Origin: a virus
Taxonomy: Duplodnaviria > Heunggongvirae > Uroviricota > Caudoviricetes
Reading direction: 5' to 3' (one strand)
Virus record (IMG/VR): IMGVR_UViG_3300049049_000146
Span: 259,216-323,215 of that record
Length of the DNA: 64,000 nt
Position 1 is the stretch's first letter. Every line of letters starts with the position of its first letter. Position numbers and translations under genes: made by a program. Positions 1 to 10,275 of this stretch are shown one piece after another. The notes beneath the pieces are model-generated. The model was not told the DNA's origin. It saw only the letters and a list, made by a program, of their open reading frames with translations, and did not search any database.

Positions 1-312
1 AGAAGGTCCGTCGACCTTTCGACGAGTAGGACTGGGGTAGAAGCCGTAGTCGTCAGTGTTCTGAGAAGGCGTTGTGGGAGTTCTCTTGACGTACGCAGGA
101 CCCTTGTCTGAACCGTCAGGCCAATCAATTGTCGGCACTCCGTCAATCTTGACCTTCGTGCGCTCTTCTGGGTGAAGAATCAATCGAATCTCGTAGCCCT
201 TACCAGAAGGAGAAACCTTGCAGTAGGATTTCCGACCGAGCGAATTCAACCGCTCGTTCAGTTTCGAAGAAGCGGATTGAGCCGACTCGAAACTGTCGAA
301 CTTCGATCTCAT
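1..312 (-). CDS. hypothetical protein (3' truncated by window edge)
   Basis: Manual translation: ATG at 312 overlaps the previous stop (ATGA); frame MRSKFDSFESAQSASSKLNERL... is open to position 1; not in the ORF track. Confidence 0.65.
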   Translation of the reverse strand, partial: MRSKFDSFESAQSASSKLNERLNSLGRKSYCKVSPSGKGYEIRLILHPEERTKVKIDGVPTIDWPDGSDKGPAYVKRTPTTPSQNTDDYGFYPSPTRRKVDGPS

Positions 313-599
313 GACACCTTAAGAGTGCCCCGAGCAGTTACTGGGAGGCCCACTACGATACCTGAGGCCGAACCTGCGTCCGCCCCCGCGCGCACCTTCG
401 TGCCTACCTGACCAAGAAGGCGAACAACACAAACGTCGCCCTTGATCGACTGAATAACTGCGTTCTTTTCGTGGTCGCCACGGGGCTGCATAACAGCCCC
501 CGGCTGGCCTACTTGCGGGCCAGGCACAAAACGAACGACGTCGCCCGGCCTCGCGCCGTCGAACATCGCCCTTCCGTACATGAGCACGCCAGAACTCAT
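309..599 (-). CDS. hypothetical protein
   Basis: 96 aa ORF, ATGA-coupled at both ends. Confidence 0.65.
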   Translation of the reverse strand: MSSGVLMYGRAMFDGARPGDVVRFVPGPQVGQPGAVMQPRGDHEKNAVIQSIKGDVCVVRLLGQVGTKVRAGADAGSASGIVVGLPVTARGTLKVS

Positions 600-724
600 A
601 GAGACTTCAGCACCCTCTCCAAGCGAGCAAGGATCTTCAACTTGCGAGAAACCTTCAACATAGCCTTAGCTACCTTAGGGTTTTTACCCGCAGGAACAGC
701 TGGCTTCTTCTTGGTGTCCGACAC
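596..724 (-). CDS. small basic hypothetical protein (42 aa)
   Basis: Manual: GTG at 724 after GGAGG, MSDTKKKPAVPAGKNPKVAKAMLKVSRKLKILARLERVLKSL*; fills the gap and ends in an ATGA overlap. Confidence 0.6.
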   Translation of the reverse strand: MSDTKKKPAVPAGKNPKVAKAMLKVSRKLKILARLERVLKSL

Positions 725-726
725 GA

Positions 727-1209
727 TCACGCCTCCTCAGGCCCGCCCCCAGACGCCTCCGGGAACGGAATATTTGGTTCGTCAGAAACAGGAAGAGAAT
801 CAAGCGTCACAATGACGCAGTAAGCACCGTTCTCCTCAGCAATGATGCGCTTGTGCGTCAGTGGCATGATCCAGTTGACGTTCTGCTTGCGAGGAATGAT
901 CAGGAGGCGGCCATTGACGACCTTCGTATCGTACCAACCTGGAATCAGGTGAACGATTTCGGTGTCAGCGATGCGCTCGATCGGCTCAACGACGAAGCAT
1001 CCCTTGTTCTTACCGCTGTTGATTTCCTTCACAACCTTACACTTCCAGAGTTCGCCATTCTTCGGCATCTTCTCTGGACCGTGCTTTTGGCGGTAATGGC
1101 GCGAGACGACCGCGATCTTCAGCATCGTACGGCTGATGACCTCATTCTCGTTGTCGGTCGTCTTTTCCTTGTAGTTCGTGTTCTCGAAAAACTTCAGGAT
1201 GCTAATCAT
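727..1209 (-). CDS. hypothetical protein
   Basis: 160 aa ORF with GGAG SD, co-oriented. Confidence 0.75.
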   Translation of the reverse strand: MISILKFFENTNYKEKTTDNENEVISRTMLKIAVVSRHYRQKHGPEKMPKNGELWKCKVVKEINSGKNKGCFVVEPIERIADTEIVHLIPGWYDTKVVNGRLLIIPRKQNVNWIMPLTHKRIIAEENGAYCVIVTLDSLPVSDEPNIPFPEASGGGPEEA

Positions 1210-1221
1210 GATGATGCTCCA

Positions 1222-2124
1222 CTAAGGCAGGGGGTCGAAGTTCAGTGTGAGTGACTGAAGGTTGATTCCGGCTGACGCAGGGGTGCGGAACTCCAACGTC
1301 AACGCGTACAAGTCGCCCTCAGTAAATACCCCAGACGAGTAATCCACACTAACTGTCGAATCGACGAATGATACGGAAGGACTGATAGTTCCGCCCGTAA
1401 GCGACACAGCGTTACCATCCGTGTCAAGAAGCCCCACCAGCAGCTGACAGTTCGTATCGACCTGTGCGCGCACGACAAGCGAGACAGGACGGAACCGAGT
1501 CGCTGAGAGCGGGATCACAGCCACGGTAGATTCGTAGGCAGGAGGCACGGGGCCGAGTGCGCTTGTCTGCACGCGCGTGTACACCGTCATAGGTGCGGTA
1601 AATCCGTTACTTACGGTAGTGTTCGCACCAACAGCAGACGTAACCCACCGCGAAGTAAAAGGCGCGAGGTGTACATCAGGCTGAAGCTGAGGGAAATCAG
1701 CAGATTCACTCAGCACCTTACGCGCAGAAAAAACGAATGAAGATGCAAGCGGAACGGCGCCACCTGGGTGGCGGACCCACCCGAGAACGATGCCGTCCGG
1801 AATTGACGTAAGCTCGCCGGATTCAATCGCGTACACTGCAGCCTGTCCACCGATCACATCAGCGTCCACATGGCGTACGGTAATCGAGTACGTGGTCGCG
1901 GCAGCAGGGAGTACCGTGAAACGCAGCGTAGTTGGAACATCCTCACCAACAAGGATGCCAGAAGGCAAAAGAAGATAGCCCGTCGTCAACGTGATTACGT
2001 CAACGTCGGTTACGGTGAGATCGTACCCACGGTACACGCCAGGCTCGTGCAGCGCGAACTGTGCGATTGACGCGCGGCTCGACGTGAACGTATCACCGTA
2101 ATTCCAAATGCGGATCTGCGTCAT
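1222..2124 (-). CDS. virion structural / baseplate-associated fibre protein
   Basis: N-terminal GVYRGYDLTV..ITLTTG module shared with neighbouring fibre-like genes; beta-rich. Confidence 0.6.
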   Translation of the reverse strand: MTQIRIWNYGDTFTSSRASIAQFALHEPGVYRGYDLTVTDVDVITLTTGYLLLPSGILVGEDVPTTLRFTVLPAAATTYSITVRHVDADVIGGQAAVYAIESGELTSIPDGIVLGWVRHPGGAVPLASSFVFSARKVLSESADFPQLQPDVHLAPFTSRWVTSAVGANTTVSNGFTAPMTVYTRVQTSALGPVPPAYESTVAVIPLSATRFRPVSLVVRAQVDTNCQLLVGLLDTDGNAVSLTGGTISPSVSFVDSTVSVDYSSGVFTEGDLYALTLEFRTPASAGINLQSLTLNFDPLP

Positions 2125-3650
2125 GGAACTTCCTCAAAAAAGCCTACGACACGAACGATAACGTTCAGGAGTGTACCAGAGACAAACGTCGGAAGCAGTC
2201 TGATCTGTCGTCCGCCAGTGCCGCCGAGATAGATATCTACCGTTGCGGTCTGAGACACGTACTGTGTCATGTCAAAGTTGATGTTTCCCCAGTTCGTTGC
2301 GAATCCTGTGGCGGTACCTACGGACTGAACGCGAAGCGTTCCAAGTGTGCGCGTAGCAGTAGCGTTCGAAAGGTCAACCTGCAGTCGAACGAAATTCACA
2401 TGCGGGGGAATCGCTAGAGCAGACGAAGCGTCTTCAACGGTTACGTTCTGACCAGCAGCAGATACACCGCCATTGAATACGACGTTGTCGTTCGTACCAG
2501 CGAACACGTCACGCGCCCCGGTAACCGCGGTATACGTACCGGTACGAACGAAATCTCGGCAGCGCCAAACACCCGAACCAGAATCGTACATCTTGAACGA
2601 TGCAAGGTGGTAGGTGATGAGACTTGCCGACGTCCACGGCCGAGGAGCAACTACCCCAGCCGGGGCTGAAAATATACGTGCGCTGGTGCCGCTTACGGGA
2701 GGCAAATCGCTAATGAGTACCGATACATACCCCGAGGAAGGGTCTGGACGGTACGCATACAGGTAGAACCACTTGTCAGCGGCAGGAGCAATCGATGCGG
2801 GAAGAACCGTACTCCCCGTGATTGCCATGATAAATTCGCTGCTCGGAGCGAGCGCGAACATACCGGCACCAATCTGGTTCTTGAGTTCGCCTACATAGTC
2901 ACCAAGCAAAAGTCGTCCGGCGTTGATACGAATCGTATTGTCGTCGTTCACCGCCTTGACTGATGGCTGGGACGCCAAGTTCTGTCCGAAAGAAATCCCA
3001 GGAACAACGTTCTTCAAGAACTTACGATGGTCCTGAAGCCAGATGCTACCTGAGGCGGTTGTCGCACCCGACGGAACATACAGGACATGGATTGGGATCC
3101 ACGCCTGGTCTGGACGCAGAGCGGGGCACATCGCCGTGCCCGTGGCCGCCTGCACACCCGGGCGAATTCGTACCTGTACGCTGTTCGTCTGAAGCTTCGG
3201 AACTGGCGTCGGGACAAGACGACGACGTCCCGCAACTAATGCAAGGACTTCACGGGTCTCATTCGCAACTGAGCGCAGACCAGAAATCTCAACAACGTCA
3301 TAGCGTTCAAAGCCAATGCTCGGAGGCGAAACAGTCAACGTCGCAGCGGTCTCTAATGTAGCAACCTGGTAGTTGCTCTCGATCGTCGCATCAACACCAC
3401 CGAAAGCAATCGCCGCCATACCTGGAGCGATCGTGACGTTCATGTTCGTAGTGGAGCGCGTGATGTCAAAACCAGACAGAACGCACCCCGCCTGCACCTG
3501 ACCAGCGGTCAAGCCAGACGCGTTACCGAGCGTACGAAAAAGCTCACCCTCAATCAGGCGGTGATAGTCACGACGAGCGTAACTGACGTCGTCAAAGACA
3601 TCTTCGTTGACGATGACCTCTTGGTCGTTGTACCAAATGCGCTTCGACAT
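2121..3650 (-). CDS. tail fibre / receptor-binding-like protein
   Basis: CVLSGFDITRSTTNMNVTIAPGMA...RYDVVEI baseplate-anchor-type module; beta-rich C-terminus. Confidence 0.6.
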   Translation of the reverse strand: MSKRIWYNDQEVIVNEDVFDDVSYARRDYHRLIEGELFRTLGNASGLTAGQVQAGCVLSGFDITRSTTNMNVTIAPGMAAIAFGGVDATIESNYQVATLETAATLTVSPPSIGFERYDVVEISGLRSVANETREVLALVAGRRRLVPTPVPKLQTNSVQVRIRPGVQAATGTAMCPALRPDQAWIPIHVLYVPSGATTASGSIWLQDHRKFLKNVVPGISFGQNLASQPSVKAVNDDNTIRINAGRLLLGDYVGELKNQIGAGMFALAPSSEFIMAITGSTVLPASIAPAADKWFYLYAYRPDPSSGYVSVLISDLPPVSGTSARIFSAPAGVVAPRPWTSASLITYHLASFKMYDSGSGVWRCRDFVRTGTYTAVTGARDVFAGTNDNVVFNGGVSAAGQNVTVEDASSALAIPPHVNFVRLQVDLSNATATRTLGTLRVQSVGTATGFATNWGNINFDMTQYVSQTATVDIYLGGTGGRQIRLLPTFVSGTLLNVIVRVVGFFEEVP

Positions 3651-3663
3651 GTTCTGCTCTCAA

Positions 3664-5901
3664 TCAGGTGAAGGTACCGTTGTCCCACGTGCCAACGTCG
3701 AACACGACAGAACCAGGATCGACACCCGGACCGTCTGTTACGTAAACGACAATCAGGCCCTTACACTGGCCGCTCACGACAACCTGCCACTTCACGAGAG
3801 GCGACGTTGCGGGCACAAGGTCGATCGTGAAGGCAGGCAACATGAATCCACCAAGAGGTACCCAGTTGGACCAGTTACCCGTGCCATCGAAATACCGGGC
3901 CAACATGTTGAAGTCGCGATCAGGTTCGATTGGGATGAATCTCAGTGCTTGAGGCGCGCTCAAGTGCGGAAGAACAGCGATAGGCTTACCGACGTACGTG
4001 TCAAAGCGGTCGAGACCTTCGAAGATCTTCCGCATCTTCGTTTTGGTGGGAGCGAGGCCACGAGCGAGGTCTGTATCGACGACTTCTGTCGAAATGAACC
4101 TTGGCTGGTCGAAATCCTCCACCCAAAAGTTGTACAGGTAGCCTGGGCGGTAAACGAGAGTGCCTTCCGCTGAGGCGAGACCCGCGGCAGCATACTTCGT
4201 GATCTTCGGAAGATGCATCGTCGTGTTGATCGGACGAATGTCTTCCAGGTCACAAACCTGAAGGCCGTCCCACACAACCTCAGCAACTGGAAGAAGGTCG
4301 GCAATCTCCTCCGTGTCGGTTGGGTTCACGTCCGCCAGAATCATCAACGCAGCGTCAGGGCCTGACGACACGTTATCCGTGACGATGAAGTTTGTAACGG
4401 ATGCGAAGTAATTCGTGGTGTACACGAACTGCAATGGGTTCTCAGAGCACGTACCAACCGCGGTGTCGACCCATGACGAGTTGAATTCGACGGTCTCAAC
4501 GATGGTTGACCCGCCCGAATCCTTGCCCGTAATCTGGACGCGGACGAGCAAGCCAGGGCCCGCAACTGCCTGAGAGAGTGCGAGCTTCAGACGAGCAAGA
4601 CCCTTCATCGTCGTATCAAACGTTCGAAGAGAGGACCCAATATCCGTCAAGCGCTTGTAGCAGTAGATCGTCTGAGGATACCGCTCCATCAGACCATCCT
4701 TGTTCAGGTAGACGATGTAGCGCTGAGGTACGGGACCTGCGTCCTCGAACGTAAGTTCGGGGTTCGTGATCGTCGAAAGTGAAACACCACCCGCAATGAT
4801 CGCCTCACGGTCGTTAGGCTGACCAAATGTCAGGCTCGTGAGAGGAGATGTCGTCGGTGGTTCTGCTGCGTCTGCCGTCATGTATACGACAGTGACGTCC
4901 CTACCCGCTGCGTACTCGTCGGTCGGCAGGAAGAAAATGATGTTCTTGCGAGGAATTTGAACCGGAGCCAAATCAGCGCCGAGTTCAGAGTCAGTCGCAC
5001 GAAGAACAAGCGTAGGGAACTTGCTGGTGCGGAAGTACCAAGCGTCACGAATGCCAGTAACGTCACCCGTAACATCCTGGGTGATCGCTCCAGAGAGAAT
5101 CTCTTCGACGCAAACCTTACCAGGAAGCTTCGAGAGGCTCTGGTCCTTCGAGACAATTACGCCATGATCGAGGTGTAGCTGGAACAGCGTGAACCCGCTG
5201 GTGGCTGCCAGGTCATTCAGCGAAAGCGCATGCGGATTGTTCTCCGTCTTTACGCCAGTGCCCAGATAAGAGCGATGCTGTACGTCCGCAGCAGAGAACC
5301 ACGGCCTATTAACCGTCAACGTACTACGCGTCATGTCAATGACGAGCGTGGTTGTCGTCCCTCCACCTGAAGCAACAACTTCCTGCACAGTGATTAGCGC
5401 CAAGGGAATCGTCTTGGCCCGCTCGTCTGCCGTCAACGCGTCGTAGTCGGATCGGGTTGTGATGCGAATGTAGTCCGCAGGTGACGCAAGGAACGTCACC
5501 TGCGTGTTCGCCAGCGTTTCGTAGCGCGTCAGCTTCGGACGAGTCTCAAGCTCGGAGAAGTACAGGTAAACGATGCTCTTCGTACCGATACCACCAGGCA
5601 CAGAAAGTCGAGTAGAAGTCGCGTCTAGAACAATGACTTCACCGCTCTGGAATACGGCGGTACCTCCCTGAACGTCGACCGTTGCGGGGTCGGTGGGGTT
5701 GATAGAAACGGCGAACGGACGAGTATCTGAAGTGAGCGCTGAAGATGGATCTTGCTTATCCACGATACCGAAGGCATTGACTTCAGGGTCAATGCCTCCG
5801 AACATCAAAGTCGTGCGCTTCAGGATCTCGTCGATCCACACTTCCCTCTCGTATTCGAGAAGGTCAAGCGTAATTGGTGCTGGGAAGAGAATCCTACGCA
5901 T
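3664..5901 (-). CDS. virion structural protein (baseplate/fibre-associated)
   Basis: 745 aa; N-terminal VDVQGGTAVFQSGEVI module similar to neighbours. Confidence 0.55.
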   Translation of the reverse strand: MRRILFPAPITLDLLEYEREVWIDEILKRTTLMFGGIDPEVNAFGIVDKQDPSSALTSDTRPFAVSINPTDPATVDVQGGTAVFQSGEVIVLDATSTRLSVPGGIGTKSIVYLYFSELETRPKLTRYETLANTQVTFLASPADYIRITTRSDYDALTADERAKTIPLALITVQEVVASGGGTTTTLVIDMTRSTLTVNRPWFSAADVQHRSYLGTGVKTENNPHALSLNDLAATSGFTLFQLHLDHGVIVSKDQSLSKLPGKVCVEEILSGAITQDVTGDVTGIRDAWYFRTSKFPTLVLRATDSELGADLAPVQIPRKNIIFFLPTDEYAAGRDVTVVYMTADAAEPPTTSPLTSLTFGQPNDREAIIAGGVSLSTITNPELTFEDAGPVPQRYIVYLNKDGLMERYPQTIYCYKRLTDIGSSLRTFDTTMKGLARLKLALSQAVAGPGLLVRVQITGKDSGGSTIVETVEFNSSWVDTAVGTCSENPLQFVYTTNYFASVTNFIVTDNVSSGPDAALMILADVNPTDTEEIADLLPVAEVVWDGLQVCDLEDIRPINTTMHLPKITKYAAAGLASAEGTLVYRPGYLYNFWVEDFDQPRFISTEVVDTDLARGLAPTKTKMRKIFEGLDRFDTYVGKPIAVLPHLSAPQALRFIPIEPDRDFNMLARYFDGTGNWSNWVPLGGFMLPAFTIDLVPATSPLVKWQVVVSGQCKGLIVVYVTDGPGVDPGSVVFDVGTWDNGTFT

Positions 5902-5910
5902 GAGTACCCT

Positions 5911-7746
5911 TCAGGTGGCTAGGAGCCCTGCGTTGAAGCGCGAGTAAAGGTCAGTCTGAACTCGTAGATAGGTAAGACGCAGCCAATTAGGTTTTGCGAA
6001 CGCTGGACCACTCGCCCATACATTTCGGCCGGTTACCTTCGCGATCGTAGCATGAGAAATGAAGGCAGCGGTCTCGATGCCCCTGATTTCCCAGCTTTCC
6101 ATATCGATTCTTGTGTTCGCTTGAGGCGAGCCGGGCGTCACCTCCGAGTCAAACAGAATGTGAATACGCTTGATGGGTTCACTCCCCTGCGGAAAATCAA
6201 TGTTCACCGAAGTGGTTACACCCGCGGGCAAGAACAAACCACCACGAGGGGGCGGAGGTGGAAGCGGAGCACCAGGGGCGCGCGTAGTGAATGGAGTCAG
6301 AATCGAGTTCGGCTCCAGGTGTACGATCATGTAGCAATCGTTCTGCGGCGTCACCTGCACGCGCCAGCCCTCAAAGCCGTCTGCGTTATGGGTGATCTCC
6401 GGAACGCAAGTGAAATGAAGGTGGAACTTACCTTCGTCGTTGGTGAATGCCACGAAGGTGTTGTTCGTGCGGCTGTAATTCAACTTACCTGCCGAGAGAT
6501 CCCAGAACAGAAAACTGTCAGGAGAGATCGCTACGTTGTAGATGAGCGTATTCTTGCCGTCATCGAACGACGTGATCGCTGAGCCTGCAGCGCTGTACAG
6601 CGTAACGATGTCCTTCTCCTCAACATCAAGGTCTTCAAAGAAGGAGCCGCTAAGCCGATCGTACAAGAAAGGCCCAATGTTGGCCTCAGTAATCGGGATG
6701 TTCGGCAGCGGGCGTCTCTCTGATTCGTACGAAGGATACGCACGAAGGTAAAGCTGGTCTGTGCGACCATTCTCTAGAGTGTCTGGAATTCCTACGTCAA
6801 TCGTAATCTGGTACGTACGACGTCCGTCAGGAAGAGTGCCCGAAGCAACAGCGGCCACCACATCATACTCGAAGAACTTGTAGTTGATTACGTCGCCGGG
6901 GTAGATTGGATGATCGCTGTGGACTACGAAGGTGGTCACCACCGAAAGCTGAGCCCAGGTCAACCGATTACCGGCGATAGCGGGCACAGCGGTAGGATCG
7001 GCGATTGTCGATGAATCGTCAGAACTGGTGCACACCCACGACGTGCCGCCATTGACTGTGCCGCCACTGACGAAAACCTGAGCGCGGGCGGCACTAGTGC
7101 CGCCAACGAAATCGTCAGGACGCGTCCACGTGAAGACAGACACGACCCATACGCCATTTTCTTCAGGGTCAAGCTGACCAGTGAGAAGGACACGATCACC
7201 AGCTGATGTGACAACATCATCAATGGTGGGTTCACCAGTGAGCGCTTGGTTCGCCGTAGCGACCGCCACGACAGACCCACGTGGGTCGAGGTTTCGAACG
7301 TAGTCGTCAGAGACCGGATTCGTCGACGGAGGTGGAGAGAAGGTACCGTTTAACTCCAGCGGGTGACCGTAGAGGTCGACGACCGTTCCGGTAGCGTAGC
7401 TGGTAATGAGATTCTCAGTCAGAAGAACTGATCTTCCATCGTCAACGATGTCATCAACGTATACGAAAGACCGCTCGTCCACACGAAGCTTACTTCCAGG
7501 CACAATCCAGCTGATGATGTCTGAAAGGGTCAAACGCGGTGTGTGCGCTGAGGCGGGCGTAGCAAGGGTCGTCTGGTTATCAGGGAGCCAGATAGGCAAA
7601 GGGCTACCTACCTTCCTGGCGAAACGGAGACGACCGGACAAAAAGATGTCAAGCGGATGTGCAATTCCGCGCATCTTGACGAACCCCGCGTTATAGCTGG
7701 GGAGCTTGCCGTTGACTAGCTCGAAGATTTTCCTGACGCGGCCCAT
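5911..7746 (-). CDS. tail fibre-related structural protein
   Basis: Contains the common fibre segment VATANQALTGEPTIDDVVTSAGDRVLLTGQ..ENGVWVV..WTRPDD. Confidence 0.65.
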   Translation of the reverse strand: MGRVRKIFELVNGKLPSYNAGFVKMRGIAHPLDIFLSGRLRFARKVGSPLPIWLPDNQTTLATPASAHTPRLTLSDIISWIVPGSKLRVDERSFVYVDDIVDDGRSVLLTENLITSYATGTVVDLYGHPLELNGTFSPPPSTNPVSDDYVRNLDPRGSVVAVATANQALTGEPTIDDVVTSAGDRVLLTGQLDPEENGVWVVSVFTWTRPDDFVGGTSAARAQVFVSGGTVNGGTSWVCTSSDDSSTIADPTAVPAIAGNRLTWAQLSVVTTFVVHSDHPIYPGDVINYKFFEYDVVAAVASGTLPDGRRTYQITIDVGIPDTLENGRTDQLYLRAYPSYESERRPLPNIPITEANIGPFLYDRLSGSFFEDLDVEEKDIVTLYSAAGSAITSFDDGKNTLIYNVAISPDSFLFWDLSAGKLNYSRTNNTFVAFTNDEGKFHLHFTCVPEITHNADGFEGWRVQVTPQNDCYMIVHLEPNSILTPFTTRAPGAPLPPPPPRGGLFLPAGVTTSVNIDFPQGSEPIKRIHILFDSEVTPGSPQANTRIDMESWEIRGIETAAFISHATIAKVTGRNVWASGPAFAKPNWLRLTYLRVQTDLYSRFNAGLLAT

Positions 7747-7754
7747 AAGACTCC

Positions 7755-8804
7755 TCAGCAGTAATCGGTGTCGAAAGGAAGTGCGATAGAGCGAATCTCC
7801 TGCGCAAGACGCGCGAGCTTCGAACCGTTGTACGAAGAGCTTGTGAACAGACCCTTCGGCGTCTCACGTCGCTCAGTCACACGGCGAGACGGTCGCTTCG
7901 GGGCTTCTTCATCCTGAAGTAGGAGTTCGAGCATCTGCTGTTCGTCCGCTGCGGGAGATTCAACAGGGGCTTCCTCTTCGAAGAGACCAGCGGGCGGACG
8001 CTTCTTTTGAGGCGCAACGCGAGGGTCTTCGAAAAGGCCGGCAGGTGGACGCTTAGGCGGAGCTTTACGCGGGGGTGACGTATCAGGCAGCTGAGATTCC
8101 GGTGCGGGCTCAGGCTCTGGTGTCTGGTCCTGATCGTCTTTTGTAGGAGGCTCTTCTGTCTTTGGCGTCTTCTTCGGTGCCTTCTTCTTGGGCTTCTTCT
8201 CCTTGACGGGAAGAGGCTTGGGATCCGGCTTCTCGGGAGGCGAAATCTCAGGGGAGATTTCAGGGAGGTCGGGAGTCACCTCAAGCTCAGGCTCCTCCAC
8301 CTGCCTGTCCTCAAGTGGCTCCTCGCTCCAATTCTCAATCGCATCCTTCAACGCGACGACAATGTGCTTGCAGCCCATACCGATTCCACGGGGATTCGTA
8401 GAATCCGCAGACTGCCCATTGCTGTGAATGATGTCAGATGAGCCGTAACGAGTCAGTGCCCATTCGCACACGTACCTAAAGTGCTCACAGCTGCACGTGA
8501 CCCACACAGGAGTGTCGGAGCCCGGACGACCAGGTGTGGTCTCTTCATTCTTGAGGCCAGGCTTCTCTGGCCCGGCCCAGCAAAGAATCACCTGCTTCGG
8601 CGTTCCGTACTTCTTCGATTCGGGGCACTGAACACGATAGAATTGGCGGTACACCGTGCCCAGCTGCGAAAGCTTGCGGTACTTCTTCGGCGCCTTCCAG
8701 TCGTCTCCGTCTTTTAACAGGGAAACGTCGTAGCAGCCCTCAGCTGCATCCATCACCTTCGGAGGCGTGTTTCCGATGATGTCTTTGGCCGTAAGAACGC
8801 GCAT
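7755..8804 (-). CDS. SWIM zinc-finger protein with Pro/Glu/Lys-rich disordered tail
   Basis: CSCEHF...CKH (CxC..CxH) SWIM signature; low-complexity C-terminal half. Confidence 0.7.
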   Translation of the reverse strand: MRVLTAKDIIGNTPPKVMDAAEGCYDVSLLKDGDDWKAPKKYRKLSQLGTVYRQFYRVQCPESKKYGTPKQVILCWAGPEKPGLKNEETTPGRPGSDTPVWVTCSCEHFRYVCEWALTRYGSSDIIHSNGQSADSTNPRGIGMGCKHIVVALKDAIENWSEEPLEDRQVEEPELEVTPDLPEISPEISPPEKPDPKPLPVKEKKPKKKAPKKTPKTEEPPTKDDQDQTPEPEPAPESQLPDTSPPRKAPPKRPPAGLFEDPRVAPQKKRPPAGLFEEEAPVESPAADEQQMLELLLQDEEAPKRPSRRVTERRETPKGLFTSSSYNGSKLARLAQEIRSIALPFDTDYC

Positions 8805-8812
8805 CGCTAGGC

Positions 8813-8821
8813 GTAAATAAC
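8813..8821 (-). promoter_or_regulatory. candidate phage promoter motif GTTATTTAC
   Basis: Variant of the intergenic consensus STTATCTAC, 8 nt before the ATG at 8804. Confidence 0.4.
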
Positions 8822-8837
8822 CGTCGCGTCCACTAGG

Positions 8838-9125
8838 TCAATCAACCTTCGGCTCAAACCAGGCAACAACCGTGTCCATGGCGTAGCTGAACGCCGCGGC
8901 AGCGAAACTGTGCCCGAGAAGAGCGCCGAGACCTGAAAAACTTACCTCAACAGGGAACAGAAGAAGAAATGACGCCCACCCTGCGTGAAAGCCCGTGCAA
9001 AACGGACAAGAAAGGAGGTCGCGCAGAAACGCGGAGCGCTGAAGAAATTCACGAGGCTTCGCGAAAATCTTCGAACTGCAGACGGTGAAGGTGATGCCGT
9101 AGGCACACAGAAGGAATAGAAGCAT
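8838..9125 (-). CDS. DUF1360-like small membrane protein
   Basis: Hydrophobic segments flanking DLLSCPFCTGFHAG. Confidence 0.65.
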   Translation of the reverse strand: MLLFLLCAYGITFTVCSSKIFAKPREFLQRSAFLRDLLSCPFCTGFHAGWASFLLLFPVEVSFSGLGALLGHSFAAAAFSYAMDTVVAWFEPKVD

Positions 9126-9156
9126 ACGTAGTGTATAGCACGTATGTGGCTAGAGG

Positions 9157-10269
9157 TCAGTGCACCACAGGGAATCGCCCGACCCGGCCGTAATAGTGAT
9201 TGCCCCCGCCGTGGCTCGCCCCAATCGTCAACGCAGTACCGCCTGGAAGTGCCGAACCTGCGTGGGCCAAAAGAGCGTTGCCTGTGGTGAACCCCGACAA
9301 CGTCGCGCCAGTATTAGGCACGTAATCAACGCCCACCGACTGGTACCTGGAAAATGTGACAGCCTGAGACGCGACGACCGCACCGCCGCGGGCTAGTGCG
9401 ACCTCACAAGCCCCTGCATTGTGCCGGAAATAGATCAGGTCGTTCGCGCCCACCGCGAAAATCACGAGCGCACCGATCGTCCCGTCGATCACATCCTGCG
9501 ACGAGAACTCTGGACGCAGCGCAAATGCCGCTCCGTTCGTGAGTAAAGCTGGAGGAATTGAACCAGATGGGATCGTAAGAAGGTCCGCTTGCCGCGTAGC
9601 GACAGAGCCACCCGCACGAATGTACGAGGATGGAAATGCTGCGCGTTCGAGTTGTATGCCCCACGCGAAGATCGACCGTGCAACTGCGTCGCTCGCGTTC
9701 ATCGGAGTGCGAAGGGACAGATTCGTCCCTCCTACGCCAACGCTCATCGAGAGGGCATACCGAGCCCACGCAGTAGTTACATCCAGGTCAGCACTCGCAG
9801 TATCGATGGCTGCCTTATCACGAACATCGATTCGAAATTTCTGGGCGGACAAAGCGCGAGCAAAGACTGAAACAGCTATGCGTTCATTATCCGTCCAGCC
9901 AGCAGAGCCAGACACACCGAAGACCATTCTGGCTGCTTGAAGCGCACTGAATGCGATAGTGTCAGCATCCGCGCCTCCATCAGGCGCAGTGTCCGTATCG
10001 CCAGTTGCCGTTGCATTGCTCCCAGTCCACGTCGTAGTGAAATCCTCTGAAGGGGCCGCGTAGTTGATGCGGCTCCCTTCGACTAGAATCCAATCTCCTG
10101 CGTCCCTAGCGTCAAGTCGAATCACTCCAGATGATTCCCACGTACCGGAGTTAGGGCCCGTCCAACGCCATGCTTCCGACGCACGAGTAAGCGAACCGGA
10201 CATTAAGTCGAATCCGCTTGACTGGATGCGGCGTCGACCCTGCATTGCTGCTGCGCCTGCGCGACTCAT
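9157..10269 (-). CDS. phage fibre/spike protein with lectin-like (LamG/CBM-type) region
   Basis: LVEGSRINY...WGIQLERAAFPSSYI...TRQAD motif typical of phage fibre/spike proteins. Confidence 0.65.
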   Translation of the reverse strand: MSRAGAAAMQGRRRIQSSGFDLMSGSLTRASEAWRWTGPNSGTWESSGVIRLDARDAGDWILVEGSRINYAAPSEDFTTTWTGSNATATGDTDTAPDGGADADTIAFSALQAARMVFGVSGSAGWTDNERIAVSVFARALSAQKFRIDVRDKAAIDTASADLDVTTAWARYALSMSVGVGGTNLSLRTPMNASDAVARSIFAWGIQLERAAFPSSYIRAGGSVATRQADLLTIPSGSIPPALLTNGAAFALRPEFSSQDVIDGTIGALVIFAVGANDLIYFRHNAGACEVALARGGAVVASQAVTFSRYQSVGVDYVPNTGATLSGFTTGNALLAHAGSALPGGTALTIGASHGGGNHYYGRVGRFPVVH

Positions 10270-10275
10270 GTTACC

